The notes beneath the pieces are model-generated. The model did no database searches. It was not told where the DNA came from and saw only the letters and a program-made list of their open reading frames with translations. A DNA stretch of 64,000 nt from Candidatus Latescibacterota bacterium (GTDB lineage Bacteria; Latescibacterota; UBA2968; GCA-2709665), in contig OZ244744.1 in NCBI GenBank assembly GCA_965219455.1, positions 512,001-576,000 of the forward strand. The letters are read 5' to 3'. The translations under genes and the position numbers were made by a program. This document shows, piece after piece, positions 1 through 10,287 of the stretch. How positions within the stretch are numbered: the first letter of the stretch is position 1; the number at the start of each line of letters is the position of its first letter.

Positions 1-336
1 ATGCTTACCCTGGGCATTATGATCCTCAACGTTGCGCAACCGGTCTGGCGCGTACACCACCACAACCCCAGGTCAGCGGACCTGGTCCTTATCTACACGG
101 CAAAGGGCCCCGGGCTCTCCAGCGACGGAAAATCCGTCGAACGCCTGCTCCGGCCGGGGGAGTTTGAGCGCCTCACTGGCGGGCTTATCGCCCACCCCGA
201 ACGCAACCTCCACCTGTTCCTCCGCGGCGGCAGCCGGGACTATATGGTCAGCCACGCGGCATACGCCGACTCGCTGCTCTCCACGTCCCCGACGGGCAGA
301 AAAGTCAGGCCCGCGGTGTTCGTCCATATGTGGTAG
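1..336 (+). CDS. hypothetical protein, probably 5'-truncated by the window edge
   Basis: Open frame from base 1 to TAG at 334-336 with a hydrophobic start; no recognised motif. Confidence 0.4.
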   Translation: MLTLGIMILNVAQPVWRVHHHNPRSADLVLIYTAKGPGLSSDGKSVERLLRPGEFERLTGGLIAHPERNLHLFLRGGSRDYMVSHAAYADSLLSTSPTGRKVRPAVFVHMW

Positions 337-429
337 TCCGCTGCCTCGCGGACGTGGCCGAGGGCGCACCCAAAAAAAACCGGCCATCGCACTGGACGGC
401 CGGCCTGGTAGAACATCCGGGTCCTTCGC

Positions 430-1296
430 CTATTTTTCTTTAAGCACTGCCAGCACGCGCTGACCCACCAGCGTTGAATCCCAGAATGTGACCATCGTCT
501 GCCCCTCGGGCCCTTTACTGGCCCGATATTCATTTTGTTTGCTCAGCTTGCCGTGCCGGTCACAAAGAGCCGCCAGTTCGCCCGGAACCGCGATTGTCTC
601 ACCGATAGACACCCTCTTGATGGCATCCAGATTCTGCTCGTCGGTAACGTCGGGAAAACCGACGAGTTTGTAATTCTTCCTGATTGTAAACCCCCGCGAC
701 GTCTTCAGGTACCCTACCTTTTTCAGGCTATCTTCCGTACCGATATAGACCAGCACGGAGGTTGCGGTTTCCTGCATGGTCTGCGCCTGTTCGACGGCCT
801 CCTTCATGCTGGATTCCAGCCTGATCAGTCGAGTTGTTTTGTCGTGCAGCAATTTGTTCAGCGTGTCGACCTCCATCTTCAACTCCCGAACCGCAGCGGT
901 TGCCACATCCTTCTCACCCTTCAACTGTACGAGCTGTGTAACCAGCTTTTCGTTCATCGCCCTTTGTTTCCTGTATAGCGCCTGATACTCCTTCATTTCG
1001 CTCGTGACTCTGTGAAGCGAAGTCAGGAGCTTCCGGTTGGACACTTTTGCGCTATCGACATGGGCGCGCATCGCATTGATACGGGAATCCATTTCATCCA
1101 CCAACGCATTCAGCGAATCGATCTGGCCCGTATAGAGCGCGATATCGCTTTCCAGTTGCACAACCTGCGGATCGACTTCCGGACCCGTCTCGGGCTTCCA
1201 GATCGTCAACAGGAGAACAACCAGAATTGCCGCCAGAAAGCCGACAACAATAACGATGCGCTTCTTTTCGCCGGATGAATCGGGTTCTTTGTTCAC
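430..1296 (-). CDS. membrane-anchored coiled-coil protein
   Basis: Single N-terminal TM (IVIVVGFLAAILVVLLLTIW), long heptad-rich region, small globular C-terminus. Confidence 0.7.
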   Translation of the reverse strand: MNKEPDSSGEKKRIVIVVGFLAAILVVLLLTIWKPETGPEVDPQVVQLESDIALYTGQIDSLNALVDEMDSRINAMRAHVDSAKVSNRKLLTSLHRVTSEMKEYQALYRKQRAMNEKLVTQLVQLKGEKDVATAAVRELKMEVDTLNKLLHDKTTRLIRLESSMKEAVEQAQTMQETATSVLVYIGTEDSLKKVGYLKTSRGFTIRKNYKLVGFPDVTDEQNLDAIKRVSIGETIAVPGELAALCDRHGKLSKQNEYRASKGPEGQTMVTFWDSTLVGQRVLAVLKEK

Positions 1297-1392
1297 GAGC
1301 AGCCTCCGAAGTGCGCGGATTCACGCCGGGTGAACCGCGATGGTGTGTGTGGCTGATAACCGGAGCGGCGTAACTTTCCGTCCCGTTTCAGG

Positions 1393-2301
1393 TTACGGAT
1401 TCCGCGGGCGCTTCATCACCTTAACGTAGATGGAGTCCACGGCAGCCTGCAGGGTATTCACATCCTCAAGCTGCCGGACCAGCATCGTGCTGAGTTCATT
1501 CTGTGCCGCAGATGCATTCCTCAGCGCTTCCCGAACCCGCTGCTCCGCGCGTTGCAAGGATGTGCGCAGCAGGGCCAGTTCGTTTTTCTGCCGGTCCGCG
1601 CGCGCCTCGGCGCTCGCGAGGCTTTCGCGCACACGGGAGAGATTCTTGAGGGTCGTTTTATGGCGCGCCTCTTCCCGGGCCAGGCGCGTCTGAGAATCCC
1701 GCCTCAGTGCGCGTTCCGTATTCAAGCTGTCCGCATAGGCGCTGTGAGCATTCGTTTCTCTTGTGAGTTCCGTCTGCGTGTCCCGAAGCCGAATCCGCAT
1801 GTCCTGGAGGTCCGCTTTTGTGCGCGCATGGCGCGACTGCTCCTCCTGCAAGTCTGCCCGCACTTCCCATTCCGACTTGGTCAGATCCACCTTCTCCATG
1901 GTTCGGTCCAGCAGTTTCGCACCCTGCTCATTCAGCTTCTCACGGAACGTCTCGACCGTCTTGTCCAAACGCTCGCGGGTATCTTTCATCGCGACGTCCT
2001 GCTGCTGGAGTGCCGTCTGAATCACCAGGAGAATCATCATGCATGTCACGACGCTCACATAACCGCCAAAGCCCAGCAGGTGCTTTTGCGACAATGGTTT
2101 CACCCAATGAATCAGCGCAAAAATCCCGCCCCATATCAAGACCAGGGCGCCGAGAATCGCAAAAACAATGACCAACACAGGCAGACGGCCTCGCGAAAAT
2201 GTGAAAAGCGGTGCGAATGAACATAAGTTGAAGCATTTCCCGCGATTCGTCAAGAGCAAACGTCCGGAAACCAGTGTTCCGTCCCAGAAATATGTCACCA
2301 T
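1393..2301 (-). CDS. two-TM coiled-coil protein (true start probably nearer 2175)
   Basis: Two hydrophobic segments followed by about 190 aa of E/R/L/A/Q-rich coiled coil. Confidence 0.65.
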   Translation of the reverse strand: MVTYFWDGTLVSGRLLLTNRGKCFNLCSFAPLFTFSRGRLPVLVIVFAILGALVLIWGGIFALIHWVKPLSQKHLLGFGGYVSVVTCMMILLVIQTALQQQDVAMKDTRERLDKTVETFREKLNEQGAKLLDRTMEKVDLTKSEWEVRADLQEEQSRHARTKADLQDMRIRLRDTQTELTRETNAHSAYADSLNTERALRRDSQTRLAREEARHKTTLKNLSRVRESLASAEARADRQKNELALLRTSLQRAEQRVREALRNASAAQNELSTMLVRQLEDVNTLQAAVDSIYVKVMKRPRNP

Positions 2302-2501
2302 TCATCCGCCGGGTTGCCCGGCTCGGCGGCCGAATTCAGGCAATCTATTTCAGGGACGGAACACCAGCGGCGACGTACGGAACCTGTGGGTTTTTCCGTG
2401 AATTCATCCGTTTAAAAAAGACGGGGCCGCAACGCTTCCGCGACCCGTTCATATGGACGTCGATCTGCTATTCCTGACCCGAGACCGCCCTCGATACCGC
2501 T

Positions 2502-3356
2502 CTATAGATACGCCTCCAGACGTTTCCGTACCGAAGGCTGCCTCAACCTTCCGAATGCATCCTCTTTCAACTGCCTCACCCGTTCCCGGCTGATACCCAG
2601 CCGGCGGCCAATCTCCTGGTACGTCGCCGGTTTGTCTCCGTGCATCCCGAAATAAAGCCCAAGGATCTTACGGTGCCGTTCGGAAAGCCCATCCAGCGAT
2701 TCCTTTACGGCGCGATTTCTGCATCGCTCATCGAAAATCTCGTCCGGCAGTGGGGCGTGCCGGTCTGGCAGTGTTTCCGCAAAACTGAGGCTGCCTTCGG
2801 CACCGATCGTGTCCAGCGAAATGGCGTTTGCGCCTGCATCCAGACAGCGGTTCAGCCTCTTCACCGGTAAACCGGACTGCGCGGCGATTTCCTCCCGCGC
2901 GGGATTGCGTGCCAGGTGTTGCACAAGACGGTCTTCAGTCTTGCGCAGGCGGCCGAGATCGTTCATGACACTGGCGGGCAAGCGGACAGTACGGGTTTGA
3001 ACGTCGAGCGCCTTGAGTATATGCTGGCGGATCCACCAGACTGCGTACGTAATGAACCTGCAACCCTTGCGCCGATCAAACTTGCGAGCAGCGGTCAACA
3101 ACCCGTAATTGCCCTCGTTGACGAGATCTCCCATCGGCAGGCCCTGATTTCGGAACCCCCTGGCAATATGAATGACAAAACGAAGGTTGGCATTTACAAG
3201 CGCCTCGAGCGCCTCGTCGTCCCCCGCTTCAATTCTGGCTGCAAGAACCCTTTCTTCGTCCGAATCGATCCGTGGATGTCGATCGACCTCTCTGTAATAG
3301 TATTCCAGCGACCTGTCTTCAACCGTGGGACGATCTCCAGACGTTTCAGCAGACAT
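2502..3356 (-). CDS. RpoD/RpoS-family sigma-70 factor lacking region 1.1
   Basis: ANLRFVIHIA, DLVNEGNYGL, KFD..KGCRFITYAVWWIRQ and region 4 HTH TYQEIGRRLGISRERVRQ; GGAGG before ATG 3356. Confidence 0.9.
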   Translation of the reverse strand: MSAETSGDRPTVEDRSLEYYYREVDRHPRIDSDEERVLAARIEAGDDEALEALVNANLRFVIHIARGFRNQGLPMGDLVNEGNYGLLTAARKFDRRKGCRFITYAVWWIRQHILKALDVQTRTVRLPASVMNDLGRLRKTEDRLVQHLARNPAREEIAAQSGLPVKRLNRCLDAGANAISLDTIGAEGSLSFAETLPDRHAPLPDEIFDERCRNRAVKESLDGLSERHRKILGLYFGMHGDKPATYQEIGRRLGISRERVRQLKEDAFGRLRQPSVRKRLEAYL

Positions 3357-3588
3357 GAACGAACCTCCGTGAACTGAAGTAACCCGACCTTTTGCGAAGA
3401 AGTGACACGCCATGGGTAAATGTAGTGTTCTCCAGTACTCCATAATATACTGAACATTTGTTCAGTATTCAAGAAGAAACTTCTTGTTTTCGTGACTTTT
3501 TTTTCCTACTTTTCGCGCCCGCAGCCGCGGGAAGGTGCCCGCATCCATCGTCGAGCGTAATCGTGCAGATGTTTTGAGGAGACATGCC

Positions 3589-4608
3589 ATGAAAAAAATC
3601 CGAGTCGGTCTGATCCGCTGTGACATGCACGGTATGTATTATGGCGCGCTGATGGCCGAACACGCACCCCTGCGCCTGCAGAAACCCATGGAAGACAGCG
3701 CCGGGGCGCCGTACACCTGGATGAGCGGCGGGGCCCACTTCTATTTTTATACGTTCTACAGCGACCCCACCCTCATGACCGTTCCCTTTCTGCACGAATT
3801 CGAAATCGCACGCGTCTGGGACGAACACCCCGGCGTCGGCGATATCTTCGCGCAGGTCTTCACGTCCAGTACGCGGGTATGCGACCATTTTCACGAAGTC
3901 TCGGACGACGTGGACCTTGTTCTGGTGGCAGACTGCAATTACGATGGCGCCGACCATCTCGAACTGGCCGCGCCCGGCCTCGAAAAAGGGGTGCCCACGT
4001 TTATCGACAAACCGCTTGCGAACAACCTGGACAACGCGAACGCGATCGTCGGCCTGGCGCAAAAACACAATGCCCCGCTGCTTTCACGGTCCATCCTGAA
4101 CACCCTCCCCCAGGCCGCGCAATTCGCCGCCCGCTTTCCGGAAGTCGGCAACCTTGAATTCGTCTCCATCCGTGGAGGAGGTCCCTCCATGGCCGGTCAG
4201 ATCCACGCCATCTGCCTGGCTCAGAACCTGTTTGGACCCGGGGTGCGGGCCGTGGAATCCATGGGGAAAAACGCGGGCGGCTTCATGCACCTCATCTACC
4301 CGGACGAACCCCGCTTTCCCCGATGCGGCGCAATGCTTGGCTGCGACACGGGAGAAACCTACCACTGCGCGTTCTACGCCAGCGCCTTCGGCAACATGGG
4401 CGATATACATTCAGCGCCTCTTGGCGACTATGTCTTCCCCTACGGCGCCTACGAGAACATCAAACTGATCAGGAAGCTGGTGGAAAGCCGCCAACCCCCG
4501 GTTCCCTATACGGAAATCCTGGAAAGCGTCGCAGTTTCCACCGCAGCCTGCAAAGCGCACAATGCCGGAAAACAGGTCACGCTGAGCGACATCGGATATG
4601 TAGCCTGA
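3589..4608 (+). CDS. Gfo/Idh/MocA-family oxidoreductase
   Basis: KIRVGLI N-terminal Rossmann start, DVDLVLVA, H..LA..GL..G.PTFIDKPLA; GAGGAG RBS. Confidence 0.75.
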   Translation: MKKIRVGLIRCDMHGMYYGALMAEHAPLRLQKPMEDSAGAPYTWMSGGAHFYFYTFYSDPTLMTVPFLHEFEIARVWDEHPGVGDIFAQVFTSSTRVCDHFHEVSDDVDLVLVADCNYDGADHLELAAPGLEKGVPTFIDKPLANNLDNANAIVGLAQKHNAPLLSRSILNTLPQAAQFAARFPEVGNLEFVSIRGGGPSMAGQIHAICLAQNLFGPGVRAVESMGKNAGGFMHLIYPDEPRFPRCGAMLGCDTGETYHCAFYASAFGNMGDIHSAPLGDYVFPYGAYENIKLIRKLVESRQPPVPYTEILESVAVSTAACKAHNAGKQVTLSDIGYVA

Positions 4609-4616
4609 TGCAAATG

Positions 4617-4651
4617 AAGAGGGGACGCAACCCCAGGTTGCGTCCCCTCTT
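4617..4651. terminator. bidirectional hairpin terminator
   Basis: Perfect 16-bp stem AAGAGGGGACGCAACC/GGTTGCGTCCCCTCTT between convergent genes. Confidence 0.7.
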
Positions 4652-4764
4652 CGGCGGCTCATTCCGAACTGGCCTGATTCGGATCCGGCCACAATCCGGA
4701 AACAACTGTTTTTCACCGCCCAGGTGCCCATCTATCCCCAGGGCGCGTCCTGATTACGTCCCAC

Positions 4765-5538
4765 TCAGACTTCCACGATGAATCGCGTCAGTTGCATCGC
4801 CCGCGCCGACAGGCCATCGTACACGGCCCGGAGCAAGGGATTCTCCTTCCTTTGCCACAGGAACCACGGCGCCCCATAACCCACGCTGGTCATCGGGCGG
4901 ATCTCATCCGACCGGTTGGCCGTGCCCCCGTGCCAGCAACGGATGTCACGTATGACCGCCCCGCCGGAGGTCCCGCACACGATCGACCGTTTCATCCAAT
5001 CCGGTTCCTCCTCGAGCCCGGGCGTCGGATGCCGGGTACGGTGCGTGCCGGGAACAAACCGCGTTGCGCCATTGACTTCTGAGAAATCCACCATCGGGAA
5101 ATTCACGACGATAACCGGCGTGGGCAGATCCATCACGGTCACCTGTCCCTGTGGATCGCGGAGCATGTCGACGATATCCGCGTGCAGTTTCTGAATTCTG
5201 GCGCCGGGCAGCGAGTAATCTCCGCCGCCGCCCCAGCAATGGAAATCGCCGCTTGCCCAGATCGCTTCCAGAACCGGCAAAACCGTCTGCAAATCAATCA
5301 GTTGCGCCCACTCCGGGTGGTGGAGTTGAGAGCCGAAGGAGTAGCGCGCATACCCGCGGTTCGCATCCTCCAGAGGAATGGCCGCCGTCTGCTGTGCGAT
5401 CACGCGCTCCGCCCCCGACCTTGCATAAGCCAGTTGCTCAGTCGTCAATGCATTTCGCATTACGACAAATCCGTCCCGGTGAAAGATCCGGGCCGCTTTG
5501 TCCACTTCAGCAGGCTCCACAAACTCAACATCCAGCAT
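4765..5538 (-). CDS. phytanoyl-CoA dioxygenase (PhyH) family Fe(II)/2OG enzyme
   Basis: FHRDGFVV, QKLHAD (HxD), NGATRFVPGTH, WHGGTANRS..R. Confidence 0.85.
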   Translation of the reverse strand: MLDVEFVEPAEVDKAARIFHRDGFVVMRNALTTEQLAYARSGAERVIAQQTAAIPLEDANRGYARYSFGSQLHHPEWAQLIDLQTVLPVLEAIWASGDFHCWGGGGDYSLPGARIQKLHADIVDMLRDPQGQVTVMDLPTPVIVVNFPMVDFSEVNGATRFVPGTHRTRHPTPGLEEEPDWMKRSIVCGTSGGAVIRDIRCWHGGTANRSDEIRPMTSVGYGAPWFLWQRKENPLLRAVYDGLSARAMQLTRFIVEV

Positions 5539-5857
5539 GGGCACCTCCCGCTTAATACGCACGCGCCGGCGCACCGCTGTACGCCCTCAGCGCACGCTCC
5601 GACAGGCTCGAAGCGCGCGGCACATTCCCCGCGCGAAACGGCGACGCATAGGAAAAAAAAAGCGCCTAACCTACCAGGTGCCGAAAATTATTGACGAAGT
5701 TCCACAGTAACCTGTGGAATAACTTCCGGTTGGGTCACCCTTACGTAGATTCAAGGCACTTTTAGAGGTTGAATCCTGAAGATCCAGCCTCCACGAAAAA
5801 ATATAATCATTCCGTCCTGAAAACGCAAGCAGAACTCTGCGAATTGCCGGCGAGAAC

Positions 5858-5886
5858 TTGACATCCTTCCCCCTCCTGCATACATT
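5858..5886 (+). promoter_or_regulatory. sigma-70 promoter
   Basis: TTGACA-17 nt-TACATT upstream of the hisN-like gene. Confidence 0.55.
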
Positions 5887-5984
5887 CCAGCCACGAACGC
5901 ACCTGCACCGGTTCAATTCCGCCGTACGAAGGCAGACAACCCGACAGAGGTATTGTACCCCGCGGAACAGAGAAAGGAACGCCC

Positions 5985-6755
5985 GTGGCAGAGCCTTCTC
6001 TCCAGGATCTCCTGGCCTTCAGCACCCACGCGGCCTGGCAGGCAGGCCGCATTACCCTGCGGCACTTTCAGTCCGGTGTGCACGTTGACAAAAAATCTGA
6101 CAATAGCCCCGTTACCGAAGCCGACCGCGCCTCGGAACGAAGGATCGCCGAGTTGATACAAGGCCGTTTCCCGGACGATGCCGTCGTCGGAGAGGAATTC
6201 GGCGACCGGGCCGGCCGGACCGCCCGTCGGTGGATCATCGACCCGATCGACGGCACCAAGTCCTTCGTGCACGGCGTACCACTCTACGGCGTGATGATCT
6301 GCGTGGAAATCGACGGCGTCCCGTCCGTGGGCGTGGTCAATCTTCCTGCCATGAACGAGATGGTCTGCGCCGCCAGGGGCTCAGGCTGCACCTGGAACGG
6401 CCGGCCGGCAAGCGTATCCGGGGTCTCCCGTCTGGAAGACGCCCTTCTGTGCGCCACCGACTTCGAATCGTTTGCCGAATACGGCAAAGATGGCGCGTAC
6501 CGGAACCTTGCAGAAAAGGTCGCCTACTGCCGGGGATGGGGCGATTGTTACGGTCACATCCTGGTCGCCACGGGCCGTGCGGAAATCATGCTGGACCCCG
6601 TTATGGAGGTGTGGGACTGCGCCGCATTGCAGCCCATTCTGGAGGAAGCGGGAGGCACGTTTACGGACTGGAGTGGAAACCCGACCGTTCGGGGCGGAGA
6701 AGCCATTTCAACCAACGGTGTCCTGTTTGAAGAGGTCCTGCGGAACGTCGCGTAG
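5985..6755 (+). CDS. hisN: histidinol-phosphatase, inositol monophosphatase family
   Basis: K.DNSPVTEADR, GEEFG, WIIDPIDGTKSF, RGWGDCYG, WDCAAL. Confidence 0.75.
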   Translation: MAEPSLQDLLAFSTHAAWQAGRITLRHFQSGVHVDKKSDNSPVTEADRASERRIAELIQGRFPDDAVVGEEFGDRAGRTARRWIIDPIDGTKSFVHGVPLYGVMICVEIDGVPSVGVVNLPAMNEMVCAARGSGCTWNGRPASVSGVSRLEDALLCATDFESFAEYGKDGAYRNLAEKVAYCRGWGDCYGHILVATGRAEIMLDPVMEVWDCAALQPILEEAGGTFTDWSGNPTVRGGEAISTNGVLFEEVLRNVA

Positions 6756-6824
6756 TGTCCCCTCCCACCTGTCCGAGTTTGCGTCCGGAGCGCATCCCTC
6801 CCGGACAACCCGATCCCGGGTTTC

Positions 6825-8282
6825 TCAATAGTAATACCCCAGCATGATGCACATTTCGTCGTTCTCAGCCGTAAATCCGAATCGAATGGTGAAATCTTTG
6901 TCATCGTTTTCGTGGGTACACTCGAATCTCACCCTTTCTCCTGCCTTGACCTCAAGCGCGGGATTGAACACGAGTGCCACTGGCTCGTCCCACTCCTCGC
7001 TCCGGTAGATCCGTTCGTCGCCCAGGAAGATATCGAACCGCCGGCCGTGGCGATGCATGTGCGAGGACAGCATGACCACGTTGACGTCGCGTTGCAGCGT
7101 CCAGTCGTTACCGGTGGTCACCGTCTGACCCGGCGGAACCCGAATGCCGAAATTGCTGACAAAGATGGGTTTTGTCATCGTTTTGACGCTGTCGGCCGGT
7201 ATGGTATGCAGATTGACGTAAACCTCGCCGATGAGGGTATTCTCACCCGACGTATTCACGAAATGAGAGTTCAGTTCGTACACCGCATCCGCGGGCATCG
7301 GAATCGCGATGCCCTCCGGAAACTCGAACACGGCCTTCGTCGACTGGCTGCCCACGATAAACCGTTTGTTGAAGATCCCGAGAGCCTGCAAAGGATCGGT
7401 CGGGTCCAGGTCTCGAATGCCCGGCGGCGGCGGGTTCTCGTCCGTTGCCCGATAGATGATGAAATGATGGCTTCCCTCCGGCTGCACCACTTCGATTTTG
7501 TTTACCATCAGGTCTTCGGCCGCACCCAGCCGTATCGTCGAAAAAATCTCCCGCTCCGACCGTGGCGCGATCGCAAATGGCCTCAGGTGTAGCTGTACAC
7601 CCCGCGTGGGCGGCGCAGGCGGTTCAAAATAAAACTCCGTCCTGTGCAGCACCCGGTCCAGGTCCGGTGCATTCGCCACCACGCTATCCCGGTGAGCCCC
7701 CGCCGCGATCCAGGCCCGAATCGCGTCGATCGCGACACCGCTCAGACTGGAATACGACCTGGGCATCGGATCGCCGTAGCCTACCCCGGACCCGGACAGC
7801 TTTGTCATTAGAAAACTCTGTTTGGGATCCCCCGCCTTGATCAGCAGCATTCCCTCTTCCCGCGCCGTCGCGTTCTGCGGTATCCGCCCAACCAGTTGGT
7901 CGTATGCCACGTCCGGTTCGAGCGAGAGTCCCGCGGCCGCCCACGCCGAACTGTGGCAGGAACTGCTGATGCAACTTTCGTTGAATATATGGTCCTGTAT
8001 CGCCTCAAACGTCGACCGTTCCCCCCCGACCTCCGTCTCCCCCTCCTCGTGCGTGACCTTGCCGTAGTCCGCCGCGAACCTTAGAAAATCATCGAAATCC
8101 ACCTTGTCGTCGTCGTTCAGATCGAACCGGGCGTTTGTGGACCCGTACGATTTGGCGAACAGAAGGAAATCCGAAAACCCCACCTCTCCGTCCCCGTCAA
8201 AATCCGCTCCCAGGCTGTGAGCGATACCCACAACTGGAATCATCAAGAGAACCATCGTGCCTTTGAACACGCGGCGGCACAT
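6825..8282 (-). CDS. secreted protein: dockerin/EF-hand-like repeat + putative c-type heme domain + copper type II (PHM/DBH-like) monooxygenase domain
   Basis: Signal peptide; DFDGDGEVGFSDF and DLNDDDKVDFDDF; CISSSCH; SHHFI, NSHFVN, SHMHRHG, DEMC. Confidence 0.65.
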   Translation of the reverse strand: MCRRVFKGTMVLLMIPVVGIAHSLGADFDGDGEVGFSDFLLFAKSYGSTNARFDLNDDDKVDFDDFLRFAADYGKVTHEEGETEVGGERSTFEAIQDHIFNESCISSSCHSSAWAAAGLSLEPDVAYDQLVGRIPQNATAREEGMLLIKAGDPKQSFLMTKLSGSGVGYGDPMPRSYSSLSGVAIDAIRAWIAAGAHRDSVVANAPDLDRVLHRTEFYFEPPAPPTRGVQLHLRPFAIAPRSEREIFSTIRLGAAEDLMVNKIEVVQPEGSHHFIIYRATDENPPPPGIRDLDPTDPLQALGIFNKRFIVGSQSTKAVFEFPEGIAIPMPADAVYELNSHFVNTSGENTLIGEVYVNLHTIPADSVKTMTKPIFVSNFGIRVPPGQTVTTGNDWTLQRDVNVVMLSSHMHRHGRRFDIFLGDERIYRSEEWDEPVALVFNPALEVKAGERVRFECTHENDDKDFTIRFGFTAENDEMCIMLGYYY

Positions 8283-8320
8283 ATACCCACCCCCTATCTA
8301 CTGCCTTGATCCACATCAAT

Positions 8321-9082
8321 TCAGCAAGGAGAGTCCATTTCGCCGGCCGTCCTGCCATATTCACGCCGGGCGCGATCCAACGCTTCGGGACTCCCGATAT
8401 CCATCGCCGAACCCTGAATCCTGTGCGCATACACGGGCTCCACCTGACAGAGCCACTCGACAAAGTGCCCCGGCGCATCTGGCGTCCGTCCGCTGTCGAT
8501 GTATTCGTCGAACCGCTTCAGCGTGGATGCCGGGTATACGTAAAAGGCCGCCGAGCCCCACGACGACTCCGGTTTATCGGGTTTTTCCGAAAACCTCACC
8601 ACCCGGTTCCCGGCATCCAGCACCGCAATGCCACGCCTCCTGCGATCCTCCGGATCGTCCACGTGACACACGCAGATGTGCGCCACCGGATTGGCGCGGA
8701 AGTCCGCCACCAGATCCTTCAGACGAAACCGGAGCAGATTGTCCGACCCGCATACCAGTACATCATCGGAAATAGCCCGCGCCCGAATGGCGAACCCGAT
8801 GTCCCCCACCGCGCCCAGCCGATTTTCGTTGGACGTGGTCCCGTCGTCGATCACGTCGATGTCCAGACGGCCGTTCCACCCGGCCGACCACCGCTCGAAA
8901 TGCCCGGCGAACCGCCTGTTGGTTATCAGATAGACCCCATCCAGGCCGGGAACGGACTCGATCTGATCCATCAGATAATCCACGATAGCGCGCCCGCCTA
9001 CCTCGAGGAGACCCTTCGGGAAATTTCTCGTCAGCGGGTACAGCCGGGTGGCGTATCCCGCCGCAATGACGATTGCTTTCAT
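8321..9082 (-). CDS. sugar-phosphate nucleotidyltransferase
   Basis: MKAIVIAAGYATRLYPLT..PKGLL, FSEKP, MDIGS. Confidence 0.85.
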   Translation of the reverse strand: MKAIVIAAGYATRLYPLTRNFPKGLLEVGGRAIVDYLMDQIESVPGLDGVYLITNRRFAGHFERWSAGWNGRLDIDVIDDGTTSNENRLGAVGDIGFAIRARAISDDVLVCGSDNLLRFRLKDLVADFRANPVAHICVCHVDDPEDRRRRGIAVLDAGNRVVRFSEKPDKPESSWGSAAFYVYPASTLKRFDEYIDSGRTPDAPGHFVEWLCQVEPVYAHRIQGSAMDIGSPEALDRARREYGRTAGEMDSPC

Positions 9083-9381
9083 CTTCTTCCAGGGCGCGCG
9101 TCCGACCACTCAAGGCGCGGACCGCTGACTGTGCGGTACCACTTTGGCACCGCTTGTTGGACAAAGTGTATTGGCCTTCCGAACAGCGCGGCAGTTCCAG
9201 GGCCGAGACAACCCGGCATCGCCATCCCGTTTCTTCGCTGGCGGGGACGAAATCTGCTGACATTTCATCGTAAGTTAATTATATATGGGTCCTATTGCGG
9301 GGGCAAGGGAAATATCCGCAAAAACGCTCGCGCCAATTGGTTCCCGCACTGTACAGGATGCTTCATTCGGGAGAACATGCG

Positions 9382-10215
9382 ATGACGCCTTCCGAGCTTA
9401 CGAACCGCCTGGGACCGCCCTGCCCGGCCCTTGACGTCCACGTCCATCCGCTGGACTGTTTCGGTCTTTACAGGATAGCCGACGCCAGAGAAGACGCGAG
9501 GCTCATTATCGAATCCGCCACGCGTGCCGGGGTGGAAAAGATGTGCCTCTTTTCGCTGTACACCACCTGCCCGAGAGAACCGACGGTTGAGCAGTGCAGG
9601 CAGGCCAATGACTATGCCCTCGCCATGCGCGATCTCGCACCGGACGTTTTCATCCCCTTCTGTTACGTCAATCCGATGTACCCCGCGGAATCCGTTGCCG
9701 AAATCGACCGCTGCATCGAAAGCGAGCGTATGGGGGGCATCAAGTTGTGGGTCGCCCGCCGCGCCACCGATCCGGGTCTGGATCCCATCCTGGAACGCGC
9801 CGTACAATTCGGTGTTCCGGTGTTGCAACATGCGTGGATTAAAACAGACGGCAATCTGGTGGGCGAATCGTTTCCCGCCGACGTGGCCCACCTGGCGCGG
9901 CGCCACCCGAGGGCGAACATCATCATGGCTCACATGAATGGCTGCGGGCTTGCAGGCATGGAAGACGTGGCGGGCTGTCCCAACATCTACGTAGACACCT
10001 CCGGAGGAGACCCGGACAGCGGAATCGTCGAAGCGGCCGTATCAACCATCGGACCTGAGCGCATCGTCTATGGCTCCGACGCCCCGATCCGCCACTTCGG
10101 GGTACAACTCGGCAAGACGCTCGGCACCGATCTTCCGGACACTGTGAAGAAAGAGATCCTGTGGAATAACACAGCCCGCCTTCTGCCGGCGTGGGCCGGA
10201 GTCGAAACCCTCTGA
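9382..10215 (+). CDS. amidohydrolase_2 family metallohydrolase
   Basis: DVHVH, GIKLW, PVLQHAW, IIMAH, IVYGSD. Confidence 0.85.
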   Translation: MTPSELTNRLGPPCPALDVHVHPLDCFGLYRIADAREDARLIIESATRAGVEKMCLFSLYTTCPREPTVEQCRQANDYALAMRDLAPDVFIPFCYVNPMYPAESVAEIDRCIESERMGGIKLWVARRATDPGLDPILERAVQFGVPVLQHAWIKTDGNLVGESFPADVAHLARRHPRANIIMAHMNGCGLAGMEDVAGCPNIYVDTSGGDPDSGIVEAAVSTIGPERIVYGSDAPIRHFGVQLGKTLGTDLPDTVKKEILWNNTARLLPAWAGVETL

Positions 10216-10287
10216 CCGATCGTTGCGTACCGGGAGCGTCGGGACCCTCTCGCCTGATATGAATACAATTTACGCACGGAGAACCTT

